From Octopus vulgaris (Eukaryota): 64,000 nucleotides of DNA. The position numbers and the translations under genes are program-made. This document shows positions 1 through 14,587 of the stretch, one piece after another; the first letter of the stretch is position 1, and each line of letters begins with the position of its first letter. The stretch spans positions 26,536,001 through 26,600,000 of the forward strand of contig OX597833.1 of assembly GCA_951406725.2 (NCBI GenBank), given 5' to 3'. The notes beneath the pieces are model-generated. The model saw only the letters and a list, made by a program, of their open reading frames with translations. It did not search any database and was not told the DNA's origin.

Positions 1-266
1 GTTCTTTTCACTCTCTCTATTCCTCCCCCTCTCTCTCTTTCTATTTATCTGTATGTATATATATATATGTGTGTGTGTGTGTATGTGTGTGTGTGTGTGT
101 GTATGTGTGTGTGTGTGTATACAAATGCATATGTGCTCGTACAACGTATGCTCACAGACACATGCATAGACACACACATACGTTTGTAGGAGAAAACAAA
201 AGAAAACGATTGGTAGATAAATAGATTGATAGAAAGGTATGTAGATACAGAGACAAGACACATTCT

Positions 267-310
<44 letters not shown>

Positions 311-429
311 CACACATACGCACACATACATATATACATATACACATACACACACATATATATACATACGGATATATATTTACACACTCATACATATATA
401 TGTGTGTGTGTTTGTGTGTACTGTATATT

Positions 430-567
430 TTTAATTTATTCGTTCACTTCTTTCAGTCATTTGACTGCAGCCATGCTGGAGCAACGGCTTGAAGAGCTTT
501 AATAGAATAAATCGACCCCAGGGCTTATTTGTTTGAAACACACAAACACAACCACCCAGCCAACCAT

Positions 568-612
<45 letters not shown>

Positions 613-770
613 CATACAACGGACGTCTTTAAATTTCGTGTACCAAATTCATTCACAAAGGCTTGGTCGACTCGAGTCTATAGTAGAAGACATTTGCCAG
701 TGGGATTGAACTTGGAACCATGTGGTTGAGAAACGAGCTTCTTACCACACACTCATGCTTGCACCTATGC
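430..770 (-). mobile_element. tRNA-derived SINE, family A (decayed)
   Basis: Contains the family 3' tail 'tttcagtcatttgactgcagccatgctggagca' and the head/body 'ctatagtagaagacatttgcc...ggaaccatgtggttg', separated by an (AC)/(AT) microsatellite. Matches the copies at 24.5, 25.0 and 49.8 kb. Confidence 0.75.
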
Positions 771-1412
771 ACACAGCCACGCTGTGTGCATATATGTATA
801 CACACACGCACACACACAGATGTACATACATACAGTGCAACTTACATTTTAATTCCTAGTGGATCTGTTTTAGAACACCATTTTATACTTGCTTGTTAAT
901 CTTGTCAATATCTATAAATCTGAAATGCGGAAAGTTTGCTTGTCTGGTTTTTGCATTGGAACGGGATAAAGGGCACTAGATCCTGTCGGATTGACTCCAA
1001 AATTTACAGGGAGATGTAAAATGAGGTGACAATGTGAGTGGGCTAGATTAGAAATCCATATCTTAAAAGGTGTGATTACTAGGGCAAAAAACGCACACTT
1101 TGACAAGTATTCTCTCATCTCTTATTTGCTTGTCTTCCTCCGTCTCTCTCTCTTTCCTCCCTTCCTTTCACTTTCTCTCTATATCGTCGTTTGACAGCGT
1201 TTACTATCTTTCCCCGCCGCTTTCACTCTCCCACATCCTCTCTCTCTCCTTCTACGTCTGTCTGCATTCATAGAGAGAATTATCATCGCCACCACCACAC
1301 AATCATGAGAACAAATATTATGAATCAGATATTTATTGGGTTAATTTATATATGTGTGTGTGTTCTATATATAAATATGTATATATAATGTATATATAAA
1401 AAGTGTATATAA

Positions 1413-1448
<36 letters not shown>

Positions 1449-1471
1449 ATATGTTACATTTACTCAATAGT

Positions 1472-1537
1472 CAGGATAAAACTCTGAGTTTCAGATGCCG
1501 AAGTGCAAATCTACAACATCATCTTTTCGGTTATCTG
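1472..1537 (-). ncRNA. degenerate type I hammerhead ribozyme motif
   Basis: Minus strand reads gataa-CCGAAAA-gatg...catc-t-GAAA-ctcagag-TT-ttatc. Stems I (gataa/ttatc), II (gatg/catc) and III (actc-a-gagt) form, but the CUGANGA box has 2 substitutions. Confidence 0.5.
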
Positions 1538-1685
1538 GCCATCTGAAAAACGCTATGAAAAAATACCGTTATATAAAGGGAAATTACTGTGTTATAATTC
1601 TGCTCGCGAACCCACGTGCGTACTTATACGTCACTATGAAAACGTACACATATTGTGATAGATTCTTAATGCGCGTTAGAAAGCC

Positions 1686-1731
1686 TCTAACTGAGGAGAT
1701 ATACTTATGTCGAAACACCGGTTGTCCTAGA
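1686..1731 (+). ncRNA. type I hammerhead ribozyme (PLE-type)
   Basis: tctaa-CTGAGGA-gatat(actt)atgtc-GAAA-caccggttg-TC-ctaga. Core is intact, stem II has 5 bp, stem III is near-palindromic, the cleavage triplet is GUC, and stem I is tcta/taga with one A-C mismatch next to the core. Confidence 0.8.
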
Positions 1732-2439
1732 AGTACTTTTATTAATATATCGAATGTATCATGAACACGCGTTCATCGTAAAGGAGAAGCTGTTCGTCTG
1801 TGACGAAACACAATAGCTGTTAGCATATTCCCGATTGTGTTTGCCAGAATGTACTAAAAAAAGATAAAATTGTAGTTTTACCAATTCATATTTGGCTACC
1901 TAGTTTCGCTTCTAATTCTGTATTATGTGATGTAATGGCTTTCCGTCCTAAAGATACGTTTAACATAAGAGAATATGTCACTAATGTGTTTAATTCACAA
2001 AGTTCGCAATTTCCATGTTTCGTTGTTATTTATTTATTTGCATCGACTATCTGATGCATGCTCTTTGGCTTCCAGGCTTCTGATTTTACGTATGCACGAG
2101 TCCTCCTTCATGAGTTTCCTTAAAAACGTACTTATCCATTCTAAAATCAAGTCTATTTGGTAAATGCATATGTGTATCTTTGCATGTTGTTCTGTCTCGT
2201 ATCTGTTATAGTAGTAGCATGGAGAATAACTCACACCATCGTCTGAGATAATTATCTCCCTGCACATAGATATCTAGTTAACGAAAACAGTATTGCAATG
2301 AAGCTATGGAGAAATGAAGATAAGTAGACAGGTAAGTTAGTTGGGAAAGTAGGTAGGTAGTTCTATGAACAATAGATGTATGAGTAAATAGTTAGGGAGT
2401 TGAATAGATTGTACAAGAATATCCCCACACGTACAAAGA

Positions 2440-2483
2440 AAGGTAGATAGATGATAGATAGATAGATAGATGGATATATATAG

Positions 2484-2531
<48 letters not shown>

Positions 2532-2563
2532 TTATTGATCTACACATACACACACAAACATGA

Positions 2564-2638
<75 letters not shown>

Positions 2639-2645
2639 CATACAT
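2440..2645. repeat. compound microsatellite (GATA)n, (AT)n, (GT)n
   Basis: Directly visible tandem repeats. Confidence 0.95.
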
Positions 2646-3056
2646 ACAACTGGTGAGTAAAATAATAGACATGTATAGACAGAGACGACACCTATATGCA
2701 TGAGAAGACATACATAAAACATACAAATCTGCTCATACGCACGTACATACATACAGTGAAGCCCTCAGAGTTTTATGGTGCAACCAAAATTGTAGATTAT
2801 GTCATATTTTTGTGGAAGACATCTCACGTGTGATTAGCAGCTACCCAAAAATCGCATCAAGGTACGACCTCCCTATGCTACACGAAGTTGTCGCCAAAAC
2901 AATATATTTTAACTTTATCCCACAGGAGGGGGTCTCCATTTTTCATACATGATCAGCTATACCCGATTTATCAATACCCCCCCCCCAGTGTCACATCTTT
3001 CCGATTTTTCTCTACCCATATTTTGATGGTAACTACAGCAAAGTAAAGACCCTACT

Positions 3057-4144
3057 TTGAAAACAGAGAGGAAGTTGTCATATATCTTGATCAAAAACAA
3101 GGGTCACTTTACACTAATGAAGTACAGACAACTGACTCAACACCACAGTAAACTATCTCACATGTATGGTCATCCTAAGATTCACAAGGATGGTATTCCA
3201 TTAAGACCTATAGTGAGCTGTAGAGGTTCAGCATGTCATTCATTGAGCTGCTTCCTTGTGGAAGTCCATTAGCAGGAAAGTCAACATCGTACGTGAAGAA
3301 TTCCACCCACTTCACAGAATTAATCAAGGATGCTCTCATTGAATCCAACCAGATGGTGAGTCTAGATGTCGTAAGCCTGTTCACCAAAGTCCCAACTCAT
3401 GAAGCACTATCGGTGATTCAAGAAAAACTAGTGACAGACACCCATCTAAAAGAACGCACTAGTATACCAATAAGAATCTTGATGGAAATGTTGACGTTCT
3501 GTGTAGAAACTACCTACTTCAGTATGGACACTGATATATATCGACAAGAAGAGGGTTTAGCTATGGGTTCACCATTATCACTGATAATAGCCAATATATA
3601 CATGGAATACTTTGAGAATTTGTCTTTAGTATCAACACTACTAAAACCAACCCTATGGTTGCGATATGCTGATGACACCTTCATACTCTGGCCCCACCAG
3701 GAATATGTCCAAATGCTGTTAGATCATGTGAACTCAATAAAGCCATCCATACTGTTCACAATAGAAAACGTAAAAGACAATCAGCTAGCATTCCTGTACG
3801 TATTAATAACATGCACCAAGTATAGATTCAAGACATCCATATACCGCAAGCCGACCATCACTGGACGATACCTCAACTTTAATTCCCATCATCTATACAG
3901 TGTAAAGACAGGGATTGCTCAGTGCCTAAAACATTGAGCAATGAATATAAGTAGCGATCGTGATACCCACCACGAAGAAATGATTAGGCTCAGTAACAAT
4001 CTATTAAGCAATAACTACCCTAAAACCATACTCTCCAATCCAATTATGAAGAAAAGAGAGGATGAAACTGATAAAATGTCCACAGTCTGTCTACCATATG
4101 TGAAAGGCCTCTCCGAAAAGATACAAATAACATGTCTTTCATAA
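3057..4144 (+). pseudogene. Penelope-like element reverse transcriptase (Penelope/Poseidon-like), frameshifted and truncated
   Basis: ORFs 3057-3272, 3233-3937 and 3941-4144 carry the PLE RT motifs YGHPKIHK-IPLRPIVS, SLDVVSLFTKVP, GLAMGSPLS-IANIYME, RYADDTF, YRKPT-TGRYLNFNSHH and LPYVKGLSEKI. The remnant stops before the GIY-YIG domain. Confidence 0.92.
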
Positions 4145-4652
4145 TGATCGTACTGATCCAGATTCTTAGACTCCCACGTTCTACATATGGTAAAAACTAT
4201 TCTGCACATAAAATATGTATAGCTCGTAAGTGTAATATTTGACAAGTATGTATATATGACAGATGAATTATAAAAGATATATAAAGGTATATAAACTGAA
4301 ACAAAGAAATATTTGTCGAAGAATTATCATAGTTTGAAATAGATCCTTACAGCCGTTTCAAATTAGCAGCGACTGATTGATGCAATTATATCTATTATGC
4401 ATGCATCTGCATCCTGTGGCAATAATACACATCAAACGTATAGAAATTAACAATGCATAAAGTTGCTGTATGCATTCTTTGTTGCTTATACATATGGTGT
4501 GTATGTGCATTTATACAAACACACATCCGAATAAGCCACACATATATTGAATCATATACATTCAAAAATATTCCATGAGCAGTAAAATGTTAAGATCTAC
4601 AATTTTAGACTGAATTTCTGTGATACACATTTAGTACATACACACACACTAT

Positions 4653-4683
<31 letters not shown>

Positions 4684-4726
4684 GTATGTATATATATGTA
4701 TGTGTGTGTGTGTGTGTGTGTCTGTG

Positions 4727-4757
<31 letters not shown>

Positions 4758-6666
4758 GTGTATGTGAACATAATGGTTTGGCTATTAATTTCTGTGTTTA
4801 GATTAGTTTCCTTTGTGCTTTTCAATTTCTTTTACCTTCCATAATTCGTAATCCTTTTCACTTGTAATTGTGTGCATGTCGGATATAATGCATATAATTT
4901 TGATGTGTTGTTCTTCTGTAAAATGCTCTCTTGCAATTTTAATATAAATCATTAGACGATAACAGTATGCGGTGGGCATTTCATCTAAACCTCGTGCTAC
5001 ATTAGTTTCTCAGCATGGTCGCATTATGTACATAGTAGGACATTCTTTACATATCCTCGTCCGTCGGATATTGAATTTATTACCGTTTGTTTTAGAACTG
5101 AATATAATTGATCGTTTTCTGAATTGTGATGATTTACTAAATATATTTCCTTTCAGTTTGAATTCATTGCTTTTGCATGTATTTCATATTACTTGATATA
5201 AAATGAGTATATCTTTCAAGTACTAGGAATTTTTTTCTGCATTACTTCAATTTCGAGGCTGAATAATGGCATAAACTATTGACTTTGACCATTGTATTAA
5301 AGTTGGTAGCATTTCAAAGTTAAACGGTTTGCTGACTCGTGATATTTTCAGCATTTCATTTTACGAACCAGTTATTTACTGGAAATTATATCAACGATAG
5401 TCTCCCATCCCTCAAATTTCTGACCGTGTATCTTTTGGCAAATTTGCACTCCAATAGGGTGGTGCTTGTCGTCGGTAATATAATGGAATATGCGCAAACA
5501 TGATCGTTCTTTTCAGTAGACCTATCCACCATTTCTTTTGCTTCGTGCGATAGACCGTAGAATAGATAGGATATAGATTTAACTTTAACTGAGTGCTGAT
5601 CAATTTCAATCAATCTAAAGCATTCGACACAGTATCGCCACATGTAGCAGTAAAGGTTATTGAAGGACCTTCTCCTCACAAGACCCTACGATACATTCTG
5701 AAATTCCTACTCCTATAGCAATATCAGGTGTTGCTCGGGAGATGTCGGGAAAAATCGCCTCGTATTGAGTTCCACAATATAATTAGGAGGCGGAGGTAAG
5801 GCTTCTTCCGTAATACCCAACACTGACAGAGAGGAGGAAAAGAAAGAAGATAGCGGGAGACAACAGTAACAATGAATTCCGGAGTATAGGCTGCTGTAGT
5901 ATCACCAGTCGTACCCCAGGAAGGGGATTTCGTTTTTCCATTGGTCTCGAAAACCAACTAGATTAAACTCTACTCAATGCAATGATCACAACTATCCATC
6001 ATTTTACAACAGAGATGGACTGGAACTTGAGTGGAAAGAAAAATCACCGGATAAAAAGAAAGAAAGAAAGAGAAATCCGGACAGAAGCCTCTGAAAGAAA
6101 AGGACAATGACATCTACGATCACTTGAGAATCAATCATTCGAGAAACGAACTACTTTCTCGTAGAACGAATAATACAGACGTGAGATGCAAAATAAATAT
6201 AATCTCGATAGACTTTTAGTAAAAAATATCTAAATATAATGGTCAGTTGATTTATGAATATTCGAAAGATGTGGGCGGATGGCAAATTGTTCCATTCTGT
6301 AAATATTAACAAAACAAAATAAGCAAAAATGTGTGCACCAAGTTCCAGCCTGAACAATTGCAGGAGAGCGGAGATGTGACATACTTTAATCCGATATAAG
6401 TAGTGGTTTCTAACCTGTGCATGGAGGAGATAAGCGAATGTTTCTTCACATACTTTATTTCATTTATTGTTTCTTTATAGCTATATATTTACAATGCGTT
6501 CTTGTTCTATAAAAAATGTAACGTGTGTGTAATGAGTGGCGACGCTCGCCGCCCCTCCATTTTTCTATTACTTTATCTCGTTCGTCTTCATATGTCTCTG
6601 TACTACAACTGGCTTCAGAGATCCATGTATTCTATGAATGAAAGTTTTTATGTTATTCTTTGTGTC

Positions 6667-6681
6667 TAATAATAATAATAA

Positions 6682-6712
<31 letters not shown>

Positions 6713-6721
6713 AAGAAAAAG

Positions 6722-6762
<41 letters not shown>

Positions 6763-6800
6763 AAACAACAACAAGAACAGCAACAACAACAACAACAACG
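6667..6800. repeat. compound microsatellite (AAT)n-(GAA)n-(CAA)n
   Basis: Directly visible. The same order and the same unique left flank recur at ~15.9 kb. Confidence 0.95.
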
Positions 6801-6819
6801 AGAATCCTGTATACTATAG

Positions 6820-7015
6820 GCACAACACCTGAAATTTTGGTGGGAAGGGCCCTAGTCGACTACATCGACTCCAGTGCTTATAACTGGTACTTATCTCATC
6901 GACCTGGAAAGCATGAAAGGTAAATTCAACCTCGGGGAATGTGATCGCAGAACGTGAGGACGGACGAAATGCCGCTAAGCTTTCTGTCTAGCCTGCTAAC
7001 GATTCTACCAGGTCG
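6820..7015 (-). mobile_element. tRNA-derived SINE, family B
   Basis: 'actggtacttat...atcgacc...atgaaaggtaaattcaacctcgg...gacgaaatgccgctaagc...gctaacgattctacc' is the reverse complement of the family B head and body. Confidence 0.8.
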
Positions 7016-7023
7016 CCATACAA

Positions 7024-8589
<1,566 letters not shown>

Positions 8590-9879
8590 AATTAATAATA
8601 ATAATAATAATATTATTATTACAAGCTAGGTTTCAACTTAAACGATGTTTTTCTTTTTCTTCATAGATATCTGCTTTTGCAGCAACTATTTTGTATCTTT
8701 TTGGACACTTTGAATGCAGAAAACACTTCCCTTTCGTTGGATTCATGTTTCGTAGCTATTTGCCTTAATTTCCCGTATTATGTACAATTTATAATTATTA
8801 ATACTTGTTGTATCATTAACGATGTTGTTCTTGTTGTTGTGGCATTCTTTCAGGTCGCTCCAAAGTTTGTTCGTCAGTTTATATGTTCATAAGTTGTTTA
8901 TTGTTGAAATTTTGCTGTAACAAATGGAGCTAGTTAGATTGTTTGTTTCTCTCGCTTTTTAGGCTAAAATTTGCTACAAATTTTCGGATTTTGTTTTAAA
9001 AAATATAATTTTGAAAGAAATATCGTGTCTGCTTCCACAGTGATTAATGTGAAAAGTGAGATAGGAGGTAAATCACAAAGATAGGTTCAGCAATGTCAGA
9101 GTCCCTCCCCTTCACCCTCCTTGTTGATGGTGAAGCGAACGACTATCGGGCATTGAAAGTTCAAAGAACAAATAATTCCCCGGCAAACAACAGTAGCAGT
9201 AGTAATAATAATACCAACATCAACAAAGGCAACTTCAGCAACGGTAGCGAAGACGGTATTCTGCTCATGGAAGGTTAGGAGAAGGTTTTATCTTTGAAAA
9301 TTTAAAATTAAAATGAATTGTACCACTGTTATAGTGGGAAATGCTAATATACACTAATATCAGTAACGACAGCAGCAGCTAAGGTAATAACGGTAAAAAA
9401 AACCTCAACAGGGAAACATCTATATTAACCAAGGAGCACCACATATCCTGGATCACCACAAAATTCTAAAGTAAATCTGGGAAGTGTCCACTTACCATCC
9501 GTTTCCCTATTCTACAGTGACCTGCCTCTAAAAGGTCCATTCAAACGGGTCACGCTCGTTACATTCATCATAATTTAAGGGGTGAGTCGGGAGCAGCCTT
9601 TCGTTATTAATCCTCGGACAACTGATATTCCAAATGTGGAACAACCGATCACCGTAACAGGAAAGAGGCAATGGACTTTACTGCCACTGACACCATCAAT
9701 GCCTGACCCTGTTGTGAAAAATTCTTGTTGATTTTCTTTTGGAACAACTAGTGCTTTAAAAAGCATTTTCACGCTTTTAACTCCATTTTTCGTTCCTCTT
9801 CTCATCACGGTATTGTTCTGAATACTTTTCGCCCGTGTGGTCAATAAATCCTTTTGCTCTTAATTACCCTTATTCCAGC

Positions 9880-9895
9880 GTTGTTGTTGTTGTTG

Positions 9896-9975
<80 letters not shown>

Positions 9976-10050
9976 GTTGTTGTTGTTGTTGTTGTTGCTG
10001 TTGCTGTTGTTATTATTACTATTATTTATTTTATTTATTTATTTAACTAA
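9880..10050. repeat. (GTT)n/(ATT)n microsatellite
   Basis: Directly visible. Confidence 0.95.
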
Positions 10051-10649
10051 TTGATTAGTTAATTAATTAATTAACGAAGTAATTATTTAGCGTTAAACTC
10101 CTCTGAAGTCTGAATTTCTACTAAAATTCTAAAGAAAGAAGCGATGAAAGCGGCTAAGCTCCGGGAAAATAGAGCTGACTGATTTCATATATTATCTAAT
10201 GATTATATTATTGCCGGTTGCTGCTATGGCTACTGCTGTCGTTGTTGTTGATGTTGATACTGTTTTTCAGACTCTAATTAAAATGCTGTATGATGTATTT
10301 ACTTTGTTGTTAGAACTGATAATGACGGTTATATAATATAGATTTATAACGTTATCAATGATATATTATATACAGATGAGAAATGATTGTGAGTATACTC
10401 GAATATCTGGAGGTGATATAAACCTTAGCTATTCGAATATAATTTAATCTCGTAATAGCATAGTTGAGTTTTAAACGTGTACAGAGAGAGATACAGTCAG
10501 ACAGAGAGGGAGACGGAGGAGGGAGAAAAGGGAAGGGAGAAAGTAATGGAAGAGAGACGGGAAGAGGAAGGTAGAGAAGGAGAGAGAGAATAGAAGAGAG
10601 AAAGAGAGTTGTATAACCTACGAGTATGCAAACTGTTAATATTACTTAC

Positions 10650-10862
10650 AAATCTTGGCACAAGACCAGCAAGTCCGTGAGTAGTAGGTGTATGGCGATT
10701 ACATCGACGCCAATGATCAAATGGTACTTATTTTATCGATCCTGGAAGGATGAAAGATAAAGTTAACCTCGGCGGAATTTGAACTCAGAATATGTAAACG
10801 AATGAAATGCAGCGAAGCGTTTTGCCCGGCATGCTGACGATTCTACCAGCTCGCTGCCTTCG
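10650..10862 (-). mobile_element. SINE family B
   Basis: 'ggatgaaagataaagttaacctcggcggaatttgaactcagaa...gattctaccagctcgctgcctt' includes the reverse complement of the B-box-like GAGTTCAAATTCC. Confidence 0.85.
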
Positions 10863-11016
10863 CAAACTTTTAATATTGATATATATTCAATAAATGAGTG
10901 TATAAATCTGGCACTGTAAATGTGTAGCAGACTTGTTGCCTACCGCTCTTGAATAATGGTAAGTAATTCATGCCTGGAACTTAGACTTTGAAAGTGACTA
11001 AATATTACAGCTAATG

Positions 11017-11222
11017 AAGGCGGTGAACGGGCAGAATTGTTAGCGTGCAAAATGCTTAGAGCTATTTTGTCCGTCTTCACGTTCTGAGTTCAAACTCCAC
11101 TGAGGTCAATTTGCCTTTCATTCTTCCTCGATCGATGAAATAACAGTTGAGCTCTGGAGTCAATGCAACCGAATTAAAGCCTTTCTCGAAATTGTTGGCC
11201 TTGCGCCAAAATTCTAAACCAC
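11017..11222 (+). mobile_element. SINE family B
   Basis: 'aaggcggtgaacgggcagaattgttagc...gttctgagttcaaactccactgaggtcaatttgcctttcat'. Confidence 0.8.
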
Positions 11223-11227
11223 CATTT

Positions 11228-11870
11228 GTGGCAGCGAGCTGGCAGAATCGCAGCAAGCCGGGAAAATTGTTTAGCAGCATTTCATCCGTCTTCATGTTCT
11301 GTATTCAAATTCCTATTTCTCATTTCTTTATTCTTTATTGCCCACAAGGGGCTAAACACAGAGAGGACAAACAAGGACAGACAAACGGATTAAGTCCATT
11401 ATATCGATCTCAGTGCGTAACTGGTACTTAATTTATCGACCCCGAAAGGATGAAAGGCAAAGTCGACCTCGGCGGAATTTGAACTCAGAACGTTAAGACA
11501 TACGAAATACCTATTTCTTTACTACCCACAAGGGGCTAAGCACAGAGAGGACAAATAAGGACAGACAAAGGGATTAAGTCGATTACATCGACCCCAGTGC
11601 GTATCTGGTACTTATTTAATCGACCCCGAAAGGATGAAAGGCAAAAATGACCTCGGCGGAATTTGAACTCAGAACTTAACGGCAGACGAAATACCGCTAA
11701 GCAGTTCGACCGGCGTGCTAACGTTTCTGCCAGCTTCCCGCCTGTATTCAAATTCTGCTGGGGCAGACTTTGCCTTTCGTCCTTCTGGATTTATTAAAAT
11801 GTGTACCAGTTGAACACTGTGGATGTAATTGATTTACATCTCTAAAATTGCTGGTCCTGTGTAAAAATGT
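11228..11870 (+). mobile_element. SINE family B (older copy), interrupted by a nested dimeric SINE
   Basis: The head at 11228-11312 resumes at 11742 ('ctgtattcaaattctgctggggcagactttgcctttc'). Confidence 0.8.
11313..11741 (-). mobile_element. dimeric SINE (two family B-related monomers) with 14-bp TSD
   Basis: Two tandem units each contain 'cccacaaggggctaa.cacagagaggacaaa.aaggacagacaaa...gaccccgaaaggatgaaaggcaaa'. The pair is flanked by ctgtattcaaattc at 11299-11312 and 11742-11755. Confidence 0.88.
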
Positions 11871-13326
11871 TAAATAGATATTACTGCTAGAAGTTAATGT
11901 ACTTCGATCTTTGATTACATAAGCTAATCAATTCCTCATCTCTAAAAATGCTCTGTACTATGCCATCACGCCTGAGCATAGCGAATCATTATCCCACTTA
12001 TCGCAGTTAATACCAAACGTTCACATACAGCAAAACCTACTTAACATTCTGGACTACGTCACACTACAAATCTACTTGCTGGAACTCAACTAATTCTATG
12101 ATACTGTCCATTGCAGAACGTGCTTCACACTCGATCCGTCAGAATCGGCAGGCTTGTTTTGAAGTGTGTATGTGAGTGTATGTCCTCTTTCAATCTCCAC
12201 ATACAACTGAAGCTCATACAGCCAACCCCGCCTCAATGGCTTCTATTTGGCTTCTAGACGGCAAAAATTACGGTCTTGTGCTTTGAGACATTCTCATCCA
12301 CATTTACAAACTGAATTCCGCTTACTCTACACGGTAACTCCTGCAAGTCCATTATCCTAACCCTGATGAATAAGCTTTGTCAACCACTTGTCTTTTCGAT
12401 CGGTGACTTCACGAACATATTATTGTGAGGTGTAGCAACGGAGTTCTCATTTATACATACTCTGTCAAGTCTGGGCGGTCCAGATATACTCTTTCTATTA
12501 TTTATGTTTATGCAATATGGATACAGTTCGATTTAGATGTAACTTGACCTCAGACATAGTGCACTGTAAAGTCAAAATGTCAGGTGGATTAAGAACTGTC
12601 TACTGATTAATTGATTGTCTGTTACCGATGGAGAATCATTCTTATCATTGTTGCTGATTAACTCAGGTTAACACAGTAAAATTAAATCTGGTTAAGCATG
12701 AATTCGTACAATACCTAACACTGATATGCCTGAATTTACGAGGCATATATGATGTGTTAGCTTTCTTAAATGCCTTTAATGTATCAAACATGAAATGGTA
12801 ATTCCAGATCATATGTCATTGCAATTATCTTCACCATTTGATCAACATACCAACAACAGAACACTGACAATTCTTACCATTGGAAACACGAAACAAATAA
12901 TTAAGTACACCGTTCTTTACAAATTACATTATTAAGAGACTGGAAACGTATCATTAAATTATTCAGTCATATAATCAAAAATATTTTCTATCATACAAAT
13001 TTTAATCCACAACTTATGAACATGGTAATAACACACCGTTAACACATTGAAAACAACTTAATAATATGGTATTAAGAGCCCAGTAATACTATAGAGATGT
13101 ACAAATAGTATGGAAACAACACCAACACATAACTATATAACCAAAATCACTAAGACAAATACATTATGCGCTCATATAAAACATGTAGATTCCGATACGT
13201 GGTGTGTAAATATGCTAGAATAGCAACCAAATCTCGCTCAAGCCTCACCTCAATTTTGAATTTAAAAGGACACAGATAATATAGTTCAATACATAGTAAT
13301 TTGAAATATATATATATATATAAATA

Positions 13327-13494
13327 CAAGGTGTTCATAAATTGTCTTTACATTATGTAAAGCCCAAGTTAAAAAGTATTCTGATGTTTCTTATAAAAGG
13401 TCATTTGCTAATAGACTCTGATGAGTTATCCGTGCTTTTCATTTTTCTTTTCTCTGAATTTTAAAAATTGTAGAGGTAATTTCTGAACACCGTG
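13327..13494. mobile_element. Tc1/mariner-type MITE
   Basis: Imperfect ~26-bp TIRs (caaggtgttcataaattgtctttaca versus reverse-complemented cacggtgttcagaaattacctctaca), with TA on both flanks. Confidence 0.75.
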
Positions 13495-13894
13495 TATATA
13501 CGCAAATGTTCAAGTATATACACGCATATTTGAATACCTATTATCATACTGTTATCATGATGCATTAAGACTGACCTTTGGCAAAATAACCATATTAGCA
13601 ATAGCAACAAACCCTCTTAACGACACATTGCTAACTTAGCATTGTCCCCTTCCACTAGATACCTTAATAATAAAGAAGGGATATTCCGCATGAATCAGCA
13701 CACTGACATAGCCACCAAAAACACACCATAACATAAAGCTCTGTTGTTACTATGTAATATGCTGTGGTATATCGACATTGGAGAAGTTTCTACTTAGTTG
13801 CTTGACCCGCTAAAAATATATTACGTCCTAGTGTTTTAAATAAGAAAAAATACCAAAGGGAATAATAATTTGTAATTTAAGTACAAAGTTACCA

Positions 13895-14070
13895 ATGTGG
13901 GCCGAAGAGACAGTCGATTAAGTTTATCCGAGTACTTGACTGGTACTATATTTTATCGAACCTTCAAGGATGAGAAATATATCTGACCACGATGTGATTT
14001 GAACTTGGAGCATTAAGAACCGGAATAAAAACCGATACACTAACGCGTTTTCCAAACTATTACCACTTCC
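13895..14070 (-). mobile_element. SINE family B-related, highly decayed
   Basis: 'gactggtactatattttatcgaaccttcaaggatgagaaa...gatttgaact'. Confidence 0.5.
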
Positions 14071-14587
14071 CCTGAATAGTAAATCAACCATACCAAGATG
14101 ATGCAAGGTGATCACGGTGGGAATGTCTCTGATCATAAAGTTTGCTTGATCAGTTATGACCAAGAGGGAGTTAGATAATATCAACCTTCTATCTATATAC
14201 CGAAACACATCCACAACACAATGCTAACTGCCCACCGGTTGTATTCAGTTGGTGATGTGCTATCTGTAGGTTGGTTTTGGTGAGTTCATGACATGTAATG
14301 TCACGATTGTCACAGTATCACTGGTCAGTCTCTACAACATTATCACACATATAGACCATCAAAGTAAGGGCTGGAGTTTCCTCAACCTGATGGGCAGTTT
14401 TCTAGGAGACTGAGACCGATGACAACATTCTCAGTACAGGATCTCCAAGCTTATCCTGCGGTTGACCCGGGTTGCAAAATTTCAGCACAAGGCCAGCAAT
14501 TCTGAGGTACAAAGGCCACTCCTGCGCCTATATAAATATGTGTATGTGTGCGTGAGTGCATGTGTGTGCGTATGTGTGTGTAGGAAA

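Noticed and set aside
4760-6170. Non-microsatellite block with short ORFs and a CxxC (ICKEC), possibly decayed PLE or L1-type sequence
   Set aside because: No convincing run of motifs, so I cannot assign a family.
12363-12420. CTGATGA box
   Set aside because: No stem II-GAAA-stem III downstream.
13418-13445. CTGATGAG inside the MITE
   Set aside because: No matching GAAA or stems, so not a hammerhead.
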